Positions 40,411 to 54,437 of a stretch of 64,000 nt of DNA are shown here, in pieces (within the stretch, counting starts at the first letter, position 1; the number at the start of each line of letters is the position of its first letter). The translations under genes and the position numbers were made by a program. The stretch comes from Octopus vulgaris. Taxonomy: Eukaryota. The stretch spans positions 62,744,001-62,808,000 of the forward strand of contig OX597823.1 in the NCBI GenBank assembly GCA_951406725.2, read 5' to 3'. The notes beneath the pieces are model-generated. The model was not told where the DNA came from. It saw only the letters and a program-made list of their open reading frames with translations, and made no database searches.

Positions 40411-42086
40411 TGTTGTGTGGAAGTAGAACACCCCTATGGGTTGGCTCCTAATGGACTATGCCACAATATAAATGGACATACGTAGAGAGCCTTCAGAACA
40501 GTGTAAAGCCGAGAGTTGCGCATTGTTGAGGGTTATTACCAGTAGCTTGAGTAGAATGATTTGTGAGGACATTATTATTATCCTGTTATATCGTATGTCA
40601 AACATGCGATACAACAGTGGCGATGAGGTTTCAAATAGTTCCGAAATGGAAGAGTTACTGAAAGCAGTCGTAAAACAACAAGAGCAGCAACTACAGAAGT
40701 TAACAGAGTTGTTGTTGAAGTTGAGAAATATGACAGAATCATTTTCAGCAGATGAAGGAACTACCTTTACCGTGTATTACAGACATTACGAAAACATATT
40801 CAGAGAGGGATGCAAGGGATGGTCTTGTGAAAGGAAGGTAAGGCTCCTTTTGTGAAAACTTGCCCCTCCGGAACACGAAAGTTTCTGTAATTTTATTTTG
40901 CCGAGAAAGCCTGCCGAATTGTTTTGAGGAAATGATAAATATTTTGACTAATATTTTTATCAAAAACAGTTTGCTGTTTAACATTTGGTGGGAATGTTTA
41001 AATTTAAAGAAAAATGAGCCCGATGACTTTGTAACATATACCGGTATTGTTAATAAGGCTTGTGAAAGGTTTAAGCTGGAAGAATTAATGTCACAAATGT
41101 GACTATTGACTTTTTGGAAGAAACGTTTGCTCGTTATGGGGTGCCAGATACAATCATGTCAGATAATGCTACACAATTTACGGTGAAGGAGTTCGAAAGA
41201 TTCTGTAAGTCAGTCCAGATGAAGCATGTGTTAACTCTGGCATAACATCCAAGGTCAAATTGGTTAGCGGAAAGATTTGTTGACACATTCAAGAGAGCCT
41301 TAAGAAAGACCAGACGGGAAGCCTTTGAAGATAGAAGTATGGTAAAGTTCTTACAGGTGTACAGAATAACACCGAATCTAAATGCAGTCGGATTGGTCAC
41401 CTGCAGATTTGATGTTCTCCAGAAAAATTCGTTCTGTGTTCGATAAATTGTTGCCAAGTAGGAATTGGAAAATGCAGAATTCGGGAAGTGGAATGAAATT
41501 TTTTTAATGCAGGTGACGAAATGTATTTTAAAATATATTAAAATGGAAAACAGGACTGGGAACAAGGTAATATAGCTGGACGTCTGGGTAATGTGATGTA
41601 CATGGTAAAAGGACCAAAATATGAACATAAAAGGCATTTTAACCAATTAAAGAAAAGATATACCAAAAATCAAGAAAGGTGAGAGGAGCCAATGGATTTA
41701 TGGTATGACATGTATGAGAACTGACATGTAGGTCGAGCAGGAAAAGGAAACCTACAGAAATGATGGAAATTAACGCCAAGAGAAAGAGATATGCCAGTTT
41801 CTCACCAAGGAAATAAAATTGATAAAAATAAAAGAATAAATAAAAAAAAAAAAATGACAGCCAATCTCAAAAGAGGGAGGTGTTGTGTGGAAGTAGAACA
41901 CCCCTATGAGTTGGCTCCAAATGGACTGTGCTACAATATAAATGGATATATGCAGAGAGCCTTCAGAGCAGTGTAAAGCCGAGAGTTGCGTATTGTCGAG
42001 GGTTATTACCAGTATCTTGAGTAGAATGATTTGCAAGGACATTATTATTATCCTGTTATATTGTACATCGAATGTGCGATACAACA
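40411..42086 (+). mobile_element. Internally deleted Gypsy/Ty3 LTR retrotransposon (LTRs 40411-40616 and 41881-42086)
   Basis: 206-bp TG...CA LTRs, PBS TGGCGATGAGG at 40618, PPT AAAGAGGGAGG, flanks GATAC/TATAC. A gag remnant is followed directly by an integrase remnant YGVPDTIMSDNATQF...HPRSN..AERFVDTFKRAL. Confidence 0.95.
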
Positions 42087-42539
42087 TATACTTATTGTAA
42101 ACACATTATTGAGAGAAGCATATTTACTGTAGTATTCATCCAAGGATAAGATCCATAGAAGATGCATTGAAATGCATCTGGTATTCTTAGCAGCTGTTGC
42201 TGGGACAATTTTGGTCTTCCTGCTATGTAAATTGTGTTTATAAATATCTTTTTTTTTGTGTGTTTTATGTGTATGTGTTTTGTATATGCATGTATAAATC
42301 CTTATTTTCAGTGTGTGTGTGTATATACACACAGGCATGCATGCATATGCATATACACGTGTACACACACACACACACACACACATCATCATTTAACATC
42401 CATGTTCCATGTTACCATGAGCTGGACAATTTGATTGGACCCAACGTACTCCAGTGTTTGCTTTGGTGTGTTTTCTATAACCGGATGCCCTTCCTGATGT
42501 CAGCCACTTTAAGATTGGCTGTCATGGGAACAGCTAGTC

Positions 42540-43620
42540 TTAAACATTTCTGTGATGACTTGTAGGACAATAATGAATAGGAGAGGACTGAGCCTTGATG
42601 GACTCTTGCCTTTTATACTAAATTCATCATGGAAATTATTGCTGACTCTCACTTTACTTACTGCATCTTTGAATTTAGCTTATACAACCCTCAGAAGCCA
42701 TTCATCTACTCTGAGTTTCTTCAGTGATGACCAAATTACTGAGCATTCTACGTTGTCAGTTGCTTTCTCCAAATCAACAACACCCATGAATAATGGTTCA
42801 TTCCCAGCTTTGTATTTCTCTGTCAGTTGCCTTGCTAGGAAGATTGCCTCTGTGATGGCTTTTCTGGTAACAGAACCAAACAGTATCTCTGTCATGGATC
42901 AATCGGGTTATAATTCTCTCAATGAGCTTAATAACTGGGTCTAGTAGTTTGGTTCCTCTTGTTGCTTCTCTATACAGCATCTCCTTTGCCCTTGTAGCTG
43001 TAAACAATGATACTGCTATGCCAGTCATTTGGTATGATACCTTCCTGTATGACTTGATTAACTATCTGGGTTGTAATCTCTTATCCTATCTCAATAAATA
43101 TGTTAAGCATTTTTGCAGTTATCCCTGATGGATCCATGACTTTCTCTCTCTTTATATTCTTGGTTTCCTTATCTACCACACTGCTGTCAACTTCTATTCC
43201 TGCTCTCTCTGTTAAGTCAGCAAAGGTAGACCCTGTTTATCCCAAGCATTCTCCACATTTAGCAGCCTTTCATAATAGCACTTATATGCCAGTTACTTTT
43301 GTTCCATATCAATGGCACCTTTGTCTTTATCATTCCAAATACACTTCTCACCAATAATATCTTGGTTCTCACTCACACATCTCACAATCCCGAACACTTC
43401 ACAGCTCTGATCCTCATATTACAGGACATGCAAATCTCTTCTGCCCTTGTTGCTTTGATACCCTTTTAGTTATTAGGTAATGCTTCCTATTATCACCTTT
43501 CAGGCTTTTCAAGCCTATCTCTTAACCTTAATTATTCTATCAGTCTTATACTTCCAACACCACATTACTTTTGGCTTGGCTCGGACTTTGCTCTAGCCAC
43601 ATGTCTGATCAGTAGCCCTA
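42540..43620 (-). mobile_element. RTE-clade LINE RT fragment
   Basis: EAIFLARQLTEKY...VDLEKATDNV...IWSSLKKL on the minus strand. Confidence 0.8.
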
Positions 43621-44185
43621 AACAAGTTATTTTGTAGAAATTCCCAGTTGTTATCTATGCTACAGGTTTCTAACTATTCTTCCCTATAGCCATATGCATC
43701 ACTAAGAATTTCTGTACAGTCACACCTTTCTCTTTCTTTCTCCTTCCTTCCATGCTTTCCCTCTCTCTCTATATATATATATAACAAGAGGTAAAAGGGA
43801 TTAATAAATCCAGGCAGATTATAGAAAGCACTCTGTATTAAGCGAACTTGGTTAACTTTATCAAACAATCAAATACCTATAAATTCAAATAAAATTAACA
43901 TCCAAGATAATTCTTTGTGTATGACAAATCCAAATCACTCAGAAGAATTTCAAGAAATCAAGAGTATATAACAATATGAACAAAAATGGAGAAAATCACA
44001 TCTCTTATTGACAATTGTTTCTATTGTGTCAGCATATTTTAGATATAGACAAAATGTCCAATATATCTGAAAAAACCTAAAAACAGGTTAAATTCAAAGT
44101 GAACTGAAATAATATGCATAATACATGAAAGCGTACAAAAAGAGTGTTAAGAAGAAATATAAGAAAAGCCAGTTTTAGTATTTAA

Positions 44186-44630
44186 CCCTTTCGTTACCAA
44201 CCCAGCTGAAACCGGCTCTGGCTCTGAGTACAAATATCTTGTTTTCATAAGTTTTGAATTAAAATCTTCCACCAAACCTCAGTCACAATTTATTTTCCTA
44301 ACACTAGCTGAATGATAACTAAGTTATTTTACTAAATTCTTTGTTATATTTAACCCTTTCGTTACCAACCCGGCCAAAACCGGCTCTGGCTCTGTAGTAC
44401 AAATGTCTTGTTTTCATAAGTTTTGAATTAAAATCTTCCACCAAACCTTAGTCACAATTTATATTCCTAGCATTAGCTTAATGATAACTAAGTTACTTTA
44501 CTAAATTCTTTGTTATATTTAAAATAATTGAAAGAAATACAGAGCACCTCAAAATAAATACAGTAACGAAAGGGTTAAAGTAATTGAAAGAAATACAGAG
44601 CATCTCAAAATAAATACAGTAACGAAAGGG
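44186..44630. mobile_element. piggyBac-type MITE with a second copy (44354-44574) nested in its internal TTAA
   Basis: Both copies have 12-bp TIRs CCCTTTCGTTAC / GTAACGAAAGGG and TTAA target-site duplications. Confidence 0.97.
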
Positions 44631-45810
44631 TTAAACTTATGATGTCTGTAGACAATGAAAGAATAAAAAGTAAACATAGAAATTCCATGCCATGACAGTT
44701 ATCTAGCTATTTTATAAATACTAAAAAAAATGTAGAAAAATTATGTTCATTAGATTATAGGGAAAGCAATCTTAAATTTTGTCCTTATTCCCAGTTTCAG
44801 CTAATTCATGGTTATAGAATTTTATTTTGTGCAAATACATTCTCATTAACAGAAAGCCTCAAAATATGTGTTGATATATTTTTTAAGATAGAATATATAA
44901 TGCCTCTAGGATGATTAGAATTTTTGTTCACATATTTTAAGCATTCATTCAGTTTATGATATGGTTAGTAAAGCCCTGTACTTAAATCTAGAGTGGCATC
45001 AAGGAAGTTAATCTTACTATATTAATCTGCTGTGGAAATAGACAGACCGAGGCACTTAAGGAATTTAAAAAGCTTTTTCCACAACCTTTTAACATTAATC
45101 TTGCTAAACCTATGGATTGAGAAAGAGCATTGTCCCTATATAATCCACTACCACCTGCCAATTCAGAAACATTAAATCCAGAGTGACATCAAGGAAGTTA
45201 ACCTGTGCATTTATACATATATATACACACAGAGTACAAACAACAAAGAAATTTAAAGGCGGGGAAGTAAAGTGTTATAAGTCCAACAGCTATTTCTGGG
45301 GCTTGGAGATCCATCATAATGTTGGTAGATGTAGTTCATCACAATATGCAGGCTGTAATGGAAGCAATCAACATTGGATAAATCGAGCTTCCTTCATCAG
45401 GGAAGAAAAGATCTTACATTTCAGATCATGATGCAGAGAAGTTTATAAATATATATGTACATATATAAACTTCTCTATGTATATGTATACACACACACAC
45501 ACATGCATGCATGTATGTATGTATATGTGTGAAGTATATATATATATATATATATATATACAACCCATGCTAACATGGAAAGCGGACGTTAAACGATGAT
45601 GATGACGACATACATATACATATGATATTTTGGTTAGGTTGAGGAGGTCTTGTTTAATGAGTTACTTGGTGACATCATTGGGAAATCCAGCAGTAGAAAC
45701 CATGCCAAAGCAGACACCGGGGCTCCATGCAATACTGTAACCTTGTTAGAAGCTGTCAGACCATCTAACCCATGCCAGAATGGAAGGTGGACATTAAATA
45801 TGTATATATA

Positions 45811-45880
<70 letters not shown>

Positions 45881-45899
45881 TAAATGCATATTTTACATG

Positions 45900-48800
45900 T
45901 TGTTTCTCTGCCATTCTTTTAGTCTTTCCCAGTTGCTCATCTATTTCACTGAGTTAATCTTTGTGCAGTGGCATTGGAATTCCTTGTATTCTGCTGTTAG
46001 ACATTTTGTGGCAACCACAGTTGGGAGCAATAATCTATGCAAATAAGAACAAATGTTCTTGATGATAGCACAATATTTTTCCTTGTCCTGAATGATCTCA
46101 GAATCCAATACCCACTTGCTTGCACAGTGCTGCCATCTTAGTAATATGCACATGGTATGTTGTATCATTACTCATGTTGATTCCCCGGTCATGCACTGAC
46201 TCTGACTTTGGGCTTGCACTACCCCATGGTCCTGTGTATTTGTTTGTGGGTCAGTAGTAGGGTGCTTGAAACTTCTCAACATTGAACTGCATTTTACTTT
46301 CATCAGTCTACTTATATATTGCATCCAGGTCTTTCTGCAGTGTTAGAGTGTTAGCCTTGACTGCCCACAATACTTTTGTATCATCAGCATCAGATAGTCG
46401 AGAGTGGTTGACTGCATGACTAATGACATGTCCAAGAGAGCTGTCACAAACTAGTAATCTTGGCACATTTCTCTGAGGGACTCCTGAGAATTCATGTCTC
46501 CTCAGAGAGAGCACTGTTGGCTATGACTGTTTGACTTAGCTTTAGGAAGTCATGTTGCCACTCCCTTAGTGTCCCAGTGATATCAAGGTCACTTAATTTG
46601 TGACATATCATTGTTGAAGGCCTTGGCAAAGTCAAGATATATCACATCTACATCTGAGTTGTTTCAATACCCAGTCAAAATATTTCTGTCTAAGGAGGAG
46701 CCATCTCACACAGCTACTACAGTTATGTAGCATGTTTGTGAGCAGGTTATTTTCTTCTAGGTATGTGATCAGCCTCTTCTGACAATGTGTTCCATGACTT
46801 GACTAGTAGTTTGGCAAGTTTGCTTTCTTGCATACCTGCCAGAAATCTACCTGGGCCTTTTGCTGAGTTTGGGTTCATCTTGTTAGTATTACATATCAAT
46901 ATTACATCGTCTTTAATGTAGTGAGCTGGCAGAATTGTTAGCATGCCAACCAAAGTGCTTAGTGGCATTTCATCCGTCTTTATGGTCTGAGTTCAAATTC
47001 CACCATGGTCAACTTGGCCTTTCATCTTTTTGGAGTCAATAAAATAAATATCAGTTGAGTACTGGGGTCAATGGAAGCAAATTGCCCTCTCCCCTGGAAT
47101 TGCTGGCCTTGTGCCAAAATTTGAAATGAAATCAATATTACATCCTCTTCCTTTATGTTGATGTAATCAATTGTTCTCTCTTTCTTGTGTGGAGCTGCTT
47201 ATTTTTCATATTTCCCAGTGGAGAATTGAAAACACTTTGGAATTTTTTATTTAGTATTTCACTTATCCTCACAAGATCTGTAGTCAGTGAGCTATTTTCT
47301 TCAAACAGTGGTCCTACTTTGTAGAGCACTGAGGCAGACACTTTTACAAACTTGAAGGTTTTAGGATTCATTTTAATATTTTCAACCTCCTTGATTTCTT
47401 TTTTTCCTCTCATTTTCAAGTGAGGGTTGGCATTTAATTTTGATGTGTTAAAGTACCTCTTTGGTTTGGGATTTCTTGCTGTTATTTATTTAAGCAATCT
47501 GAGATCTTTATTCTCCATCTCATAAAGGCTTTCTTGTCTCAGGGAATAATGTTTTTGTGTGTAATAACTCTCTTCTCTGGGACAAATTTAATCCATATGG
47601 CATGCCTTATTGACTACATTCTTTGAGTTTCATGTCAGTGTTTTGCATAGAGAAACTTTTAAGCCAATTTTGCTTGAGTATCTGTTTTTCAATTGAGTTC
47701 TAGTCAGCCTTGTAGAAGTTCAGACTGGATGATAGGGTTTGGGTGCTGTCTGTGTGGAATACATCTTTAATTAGTTTTGGACCAGGCATTGTTAGTTCTA
47801 ATATGTTATGGTCTGAGAACATTGTGGATAAGTTCCACATTGTTGGTGAAGCAGAGATCTAAGATGTTATCATTCCTGGTTGGGAAAAGTATGGTTTTCA
47901 CCATGGACATCACTTTTGTGTCATCAAGCAGAGATTCTGCTTGACTGCAATCTTTGCATGTCATTCTTGAGATTGTTTTTCCTTTGGGCCATCTGATGTT
48001 GGAGAAGTTGAAGTCACCCATCGAAAATATATTAATGCATTGATCTAGTTTTGTTAGTACTTTTATTATCTAAAGACTTTCCTCAAATGTATTGTCAAGA
48101 TTTGAGGCATCAGGTGGATGATATAATGCGTATATTACCTCATCATTTCTTTTAATACCCTCTGTGTTACAAACTGAGCTTGAATTCGACAACAGGTTTA
48201 AGGGTGTAACATGGATGTACATCACAACTTTACCATGACTTCTTTCTCTTCTGTCTGCATGGAACACAGCATACATTGGTATGTGTATATTTATATCACT
48301 TATGTCAGCAGATAGATGCTTCTATATATAAGTGCAATGCACATGCCTTGATTGCATGCAAGATTGCATGCATTCCTCAGGTATGCAGTTTTGCTTTTAC
48401 GGTTGAACTGCAACAGGCCTCTGATGTTTGATGGTAGGATTGGTAAGATGTTTTGGCATGGTGGCAGTGGTATGGCCCTCCTAGGTCTCCTATTTGCGGT
48501 GGGCTTCTGTGAAGATGTGCATAGCTTAGTTTCATCTGTAATCATGAAAGGACAATTGCTGCATTATCTCCTGTGTCATACCTGAGAAATTTTGTTGTTC
48601 TACTGCTGTAACTTGAACAGCATTATATGCAGCTTTTTGGGGGGTCTTCCCGACTGCTGGTGTACTGTGGGTTATGGCCTTCTTAGGGTGTGTTTTGACT
48701 CCATTTTTTGACTGAGTAGGGAGCAGTTAATACCTTTTGTTTCACTTTGCCTGAGCTTTTGATATGCAAAGTACCTGTTTGTCACCATACAAGTAGATAC

Positions 48801-49230
48801 TATTTAGGGAAAATTTGCAAATGATTTGCATTTCTTGTACTGTATTTCTGTTTCTTTTGTTTTTGTTTTTTAGTATTTTATACTTTTAATCCAGTTTCAT
48901 TAGTCTTTGGCTAGTTCCTTTTTCTTTATTACTACTTTGAGAGGTAGTGTTAGGGTTGCTTTTCTTGAGAGCTGTTGCTTCCACTTCAGTTCTTACACCT
49001 CTGTGGTTATTATCATTAATAGTTACAGAGCTGGTTGCATTGTTGTTGCCTTCTCTGTTAGATTTTTCACTTGAAGCTCAAACATTAATACTGCTCTGTG
49101 TTGGGCTTCTTTCTTGGAGCTTCAGCATTTTAAGAAGTATGCCTAAGTATGGCCTGACATATGTATTAGAATGGATAAATTCACTCTTCTTTTTCGTATT
49201 TGCATTGGGACTTGGTAAATCTGTTGCTGT
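45900..49230 (-). mobile_element. Decayed APE-RT LINE (CR1-group-like)
   Basis: APE motifs MGDFNF and PTRNDNILDLCFTN; RT motifs SGVPQ and ADDTK; boundaries approximate. Confidence 0.85.
46914..47130 (+). mobile_element. Family C SINE inserted into the LINE, with 19-bp TSD
   Basis: ATCAATATTACATC(G/C)TCTT at 46895-46913 and 47131-47149. Confidence 0.85.
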
Positions 49231-49477
49231 TCAGGGCTGCTTTAATTAGGTTGTTGGGTGAATTGTTTTCTGCAATAGAAGGAACAATTGTAGACCCAGA
49301 TTCTTAAAGCTTTTTGACATCTTGATGGCATTAACTTTTTTTTTTCTTTGGGAAATTTATCTGTGTAAGAGGTGTGTGTACGTATGTGTGAATGTGAGTG
49401 CATGTGCCTAGATGTGTGTGTGTATATAAGCTTATCTGTATAAATATGAGTATATATATATACATGTATGTGATGTT

Positions 49478-49524
<47 letters not shown>

Positions 49525-49580
49525 TTTATACACATATGTATGTATTTGTATGTGTGTGTGTGTATATATATGTATGTGTG

Positions 49581-49636
<56 letters not shown>

Positions 49637-51469
49637 TTTCATGTGTGCTCCCTAGCTGTCAGCAATATACATATATATTACCTTGGAATTTATGTTCAGC
49701 ATATCCGATACTTCTGCTAGCTTCATCATCATTTATCATCCATGTTATGTATTAGCATGGACTGGATATTTATGTTCTAAATATCTCCATTATAAACAAT
49801 GTCCACCTATCCATCACTGTGCACCACAAATCTACTAATTTCCATCCCTGCACTGCTCTTGTGTTCATTCCAAACACATTAAATTTGTTATACCATTCTT
49901 CCAACTCCTTCAGCTTCACTAATTTTGCAGTATTGATTTGGATTTCATTTATCAATGTAAGAGAATGTAATATTTCCTCTTGAATCAGTGGTACTCAGGT
50001 TCAGTTGTGGTCTGAGAACATTGTGGATAAGTTCCACATTGTTGGTGAAGCAGAGATCTAAGATGTTATCATTCCTGGTTGGGAAAAGTATGGTTTTCAC
50101 CATGGACATTGCTTCTGTGTCATCAAGCAGAGAATCTATGTTAGGTCTAGGCCATTGACTGTACCACTGCTTTCTTACCTTCTTGATGCACACTTACAGA
50201 CTGAATTTCTCTCTCTCACCTTCCACCCAGCCAACCTTCTATTGAAAAACAAACTCATCTGCAACTTCCAAAGTCCATCTTCTGAGCTGACTACTACTCA
50301 AAAATTTTCCTACACCATATCATTTCATCTTAGCAGTTTTCCTTCTACTCCTATGCCACTTCTTTGTTCAGCAGCCCTTTGCTTATCCTTCAACACCCCT
50401 CTCATCTCAATTTTTGCTTTCACCTCACCATCACTTTGGCGTATTTTGTTCCTCGTTTCATTTCTCTTACCTTTTCCCTCCCTCTCTAAGCTTCTCTCTC
50501 ATACTACCTCCTGTCTACATACTAAGTTCATGTTGTATTGTGTTCCTCATCATTTGCAGCCAGTTTTTTCTAATTTAGAAGATGTGAAGCTTAGCTGTCA
50601 TTCTATAATTTCTCTTCTTTCAACTTTTCCCTGAAGAAGAACTCTATCTGAAACTTGGATTTTCCACTCCCCATAACAATTTCATTGTATCCTTTTTGTT
50701 AACGTTTCTGAATAATACAAGTCCTACCAATGAAGACCAACACCAGTCTGTTTGGATTATGTGTATATACACACACACACACATACGTATAAATTGAACA
50801 AAAATGAACTAAGAGAAATAACTTAGAGTGACATGTAGCATGTACATAAACAACAGAGACAAATCTAGTTTTATTACATACCACATACAACATAAATTCT
50901 TGATTTATTAAAATTATCTCCATCTCTGCAGAATGTGTCACAAGTACCACATGGTAATTAAGAATAGTTTCATATGAGAAGGGAAGATAATATCAAAGTT
51001 TCTCCAAAGATGACATACCATTAAAGAAAACTGCAAGTTTGTTGTCTGGAGATAAGCCATGGTTGCATGTTTCTGCTCCAACAGGTGTCGTCTACTAGAT
51101 ATTTGTCCTTATCCATTCGCAGTAGCTAAGGGATATAGGTATTTACAAAAATGGTTGAACATTTTATATATGTATATTGTGTGTGTATTTATATATATTG
51201 TATATCTTGTGGGTATAGTTAGATGTACGATTGTTATTGGGAAGTTTAGAGCTTTCACTTAGAATATCATCAGCTTTAAATGAGTTAGCTTGCTACTGAA
51301 TAGTGTTGTTCAGGGCAGTGTTATGATCGCAGTCACTTATATGCCATGGAAACTGGTTAACTGGCCCTATAAGTCCTAGAGCTCAAGACAGTAATGTCTA
51401 GAGCTTACCTTTATCTTCATGTATATATATTTGTATATGTGTCAATATATATGTTTGTATATGTGTCAG

Positions 51470-51569
<100 letters not shown>

Positions 51570-51619
51570 TATATTTGTACATGTGTCAATACATATATAT
51601 GCATGTATATAAAGTGGTT

Positions 51620-52850
51620 GTATGAAAAAAATGCTCATGGTGGGCATAATCTTTTTATTAACTAACATTGGTTATCATTCTCCTTGTTCAAATGGTGTAT
51701 ATTGGTAGAGTAACATATGCAATTTCCTCTGTGCAGTGGTACTATTCTACATAATTTCCTTTACAAGTTATTCACTTGCATCATCATTGAATACAGTTCT
51801 CAAATCTTCTTTGAAAAGAATTCATATGTGGTTCCCATTTTATCATGGTTCCTTTCGTTTCATCTGTGTCATCAAATCCTTAAATGAAAGATTGTCCTTC
51901 AATGGAACAAAACAGGTGGAAGTTGGCAGGCATCAGATCCGGGTTGGATAGTGGTGGGACACTAACCAGCCCAATTTGCTGATTGCCTTATTTATTGCTA
52001 AAAATGTGTGTGCTCACACATTGTCAAGGTTAATGTGGATTGTTTTCAAATTCTTGTTTGATCTCTTTCACCTAATAGCTCTCTCTAAGCTCTTTGAGAG
52101 TCTCAGTGCATGATCCACTATTCATAGTATAGCCACATTGCAGAAAATCAAGGAGAATGATACCCTTGTCATCTTGAGACACAATCACCCTGGAATTTTT
52201 GTACCAATTACTGGCTATTGAACTTCTTATGCATTGGCGAAGAGGTGTGATGTCATTCTGTAAATTCTACTTTCATTTCTGCATCATAGAGATAAAACCA
52301 TGTTTCACTACTGTTACTGGATGGGGTGGGGAACAAATAAAAGCAAAACTTGTCTTCATTGGCTTCAAATGCTTCTTGTAAATCAGTGCACATTACCAAC
52401 CTTATTTCCTTGAAATCTAGTGTCAACTGCTGGGGTACCTACATTGTACACACTTGGCAATACTAAAAGACTTCCATGATTTTTGTAACTGCAATCCACT
52501 TGTGCTGCAAGCTTGTTCTGCCTGCATGAATCAGTTTGTTAACTCTCTGGTGATTCATGTCATCAATCACAATTGATAGTCTGCCTCTGTGGATTGTCTT
52601 CAGTGCTGGTATCCCCTTCTTTAAACTTCTTCATACATTTGTGCACATTGCTCTTGTCAGTGATATTTCTGTAAACAACCTGTAGCTTTTTGTGGATGTT
52701 AGACAGCTTGCATCCCTCCTTTGTCAAAGACTCAATGATTACAGCTAGCTTTTGCTTGGATCTTGTTATTCACTGGAGAAGAAGAGGAAGAAAGTTAGTG
52801 TAAAAAGAGAAGTTCCTCTATCAAGGTGTGCAATTTGAATACTCTAGGTC
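51620..52850 (-). mobile_element. Highly decayed mariner-like relic
   Basis: Remnants resembling transposase C-terminal motifs (PPLSNPDLMP, F..F..FDD); boundaries uncertain. Confidence 0.45.
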
Positions 52851-52897
52851 TGCTGATGTGTGTATATGTATATACAGGTGTGTGTGTATATTTTAAA

Positions 52898-53025
52898 GGA
52901 GCACTCCGTCGATCATGACGACGAGGATCCCAGCTGATATGATCAACAGAGCAGCTTGCTCATGAAATTAGCGTGCAGGTGACTGAGCACTCCACAGACA
53001 CGTTTACCCTTAATGTAGTTCTGAG
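52898..53025 (-). mobile_element. 3' fragment of a family B SINE
   Basis: GGAGCACTCCGTCG...CTGAGCACTCCACAGACACG matches 8711-8835. Confidence 0.8.
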
Positions 53026-53359
53026 ACGTGTATGTATTGTAAAAGAAAAGTGGCCAGTAGATCAATGAGAGAAAGCAGTGCAACCTGGTAGAAGAGGGAA
53101 GGATGAAGAGTATAATGATAGTCAGAGTGAGAAAGGGTGATGAGAGGCAGTACAAAAAGAGGAAGGTGAAGGAGACTATTGCACACTGGAAAAAATTAGT
53201 CCCATTTAGATTCCTTTACATAGACTGTGTGATTGGCCAGAAGGTTGAGTGATAAAGGTGATGGTGGGTGGTGAGAGAATGTAAGTGACAGGAAAGTGGA
53301 TGGTAGAAAAAGGAGATGGTGACAAAATGTGTGTGAAGCAGCCACAGGTGACTTAGTGG

Positions 53360-53401
<42 letters not shown>

Positions 53402-53650
53402 TATATCTCAGTCTACATCATTATTGCTATTTTGGATGCTTTGGTTATGTGCTGGTTGGGTCTTTTGTGGTCAGGTACTCTTCAATACTGCGACTTGCCA
53501 GGCAACACAGCCTTGTGTCATTTCCTCTGTGAGATGCAAGTCTTCCTTGGTCTATCTCTTTCAAAGGTACCATTCACACTGAGCTAGCAGAACTTGTTTA
53601 CGCAGCTGTCATCCTCCATGCACATCTTATGCCCATACCATTACAGTCTC

Positions 53651-54066
53651 TTTACTCTTTTTACTCTTTTTACTTGTTTCAGTCATTTGACTGCGGCCAT
53701 GCTGGAGCACCGCCTTTAGTCAAGCAAATCGACCCCGGGACTTATTCTTTGTAAGCCCAGTACTTATTCTATCGGTCTCTTTTGCCGAACCGCTAAGTTA
53801 CGGGGACGTAAACACACCAGCATCGGTTGTCAAGCAATGCTAGGGGAACAAACACAGACACACAAACATATTCACACACACTTATATATATATACATATA
53901 TACGACAGGCTTCTTTCAGTTTCCGTCTACCAAATCCACTCACAAGGCATTGGTCGGCCCGGGGCTATAGCAGAAGACACGTGCCCAAGATGCCACGCAG
54001 TGGGACTGAACCCGGAACCATGTGGTTGGTTAGCAAGCTACTTACCAAACAGCCACTCCTGCGCCT
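53651..54066 (-). mobile_element. Young full-length SINE, family A, inserted into an RTE C-terminal fragment
   Basis: Near-identical to 21953-22375; the adjacent minus-strand sequence encodes RL.WYGH..., typical of RTE. Confidence 0.92.
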
Positions 54067-54437
54067 ATCTACTTTATTGTGCACTACATCTATTTATACC
54101 GTATGTTAATGGATCTAAACAAATGTAAGTTATGCATAGCTGGAAGATCGCATATCTTTTTTAGATCTAAAAATTCCACTGCACTGCTAACTTTCAGATG
54201 AGAAATTTTCACAAATTGCAAACATATGGACAAGTTTGTTTCGGTGAGTTGGAGAATACCACGCTCTCCAGATTGTTCTATTTTCCTGATTTGTTACTTG
54301 TATAGACCATGTGCTCAGAGCCTGAGATTACTTGTAGACACTTGGTATGTTATTAAAACCTGCCTAGAAAATATCTCCAATGTATGAAACTATTAGTAGC
54401 TCATAACTATATACTGTGTACATTAAACTATATATAT

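Noticed and set aside
45293-45400. Minus-strand CTGATGA...GAAA hammerhead-like pair
   Set aside because: The motifs are about 100 nt apart and I cannot build convincing stems I and III by eye.
50155-50634. 159-aa ORF
   Set aside because: Pyrimidine-rich low-complexity sequence, probably the antisense of decayed LINE DNA, with no recognisable motifs.
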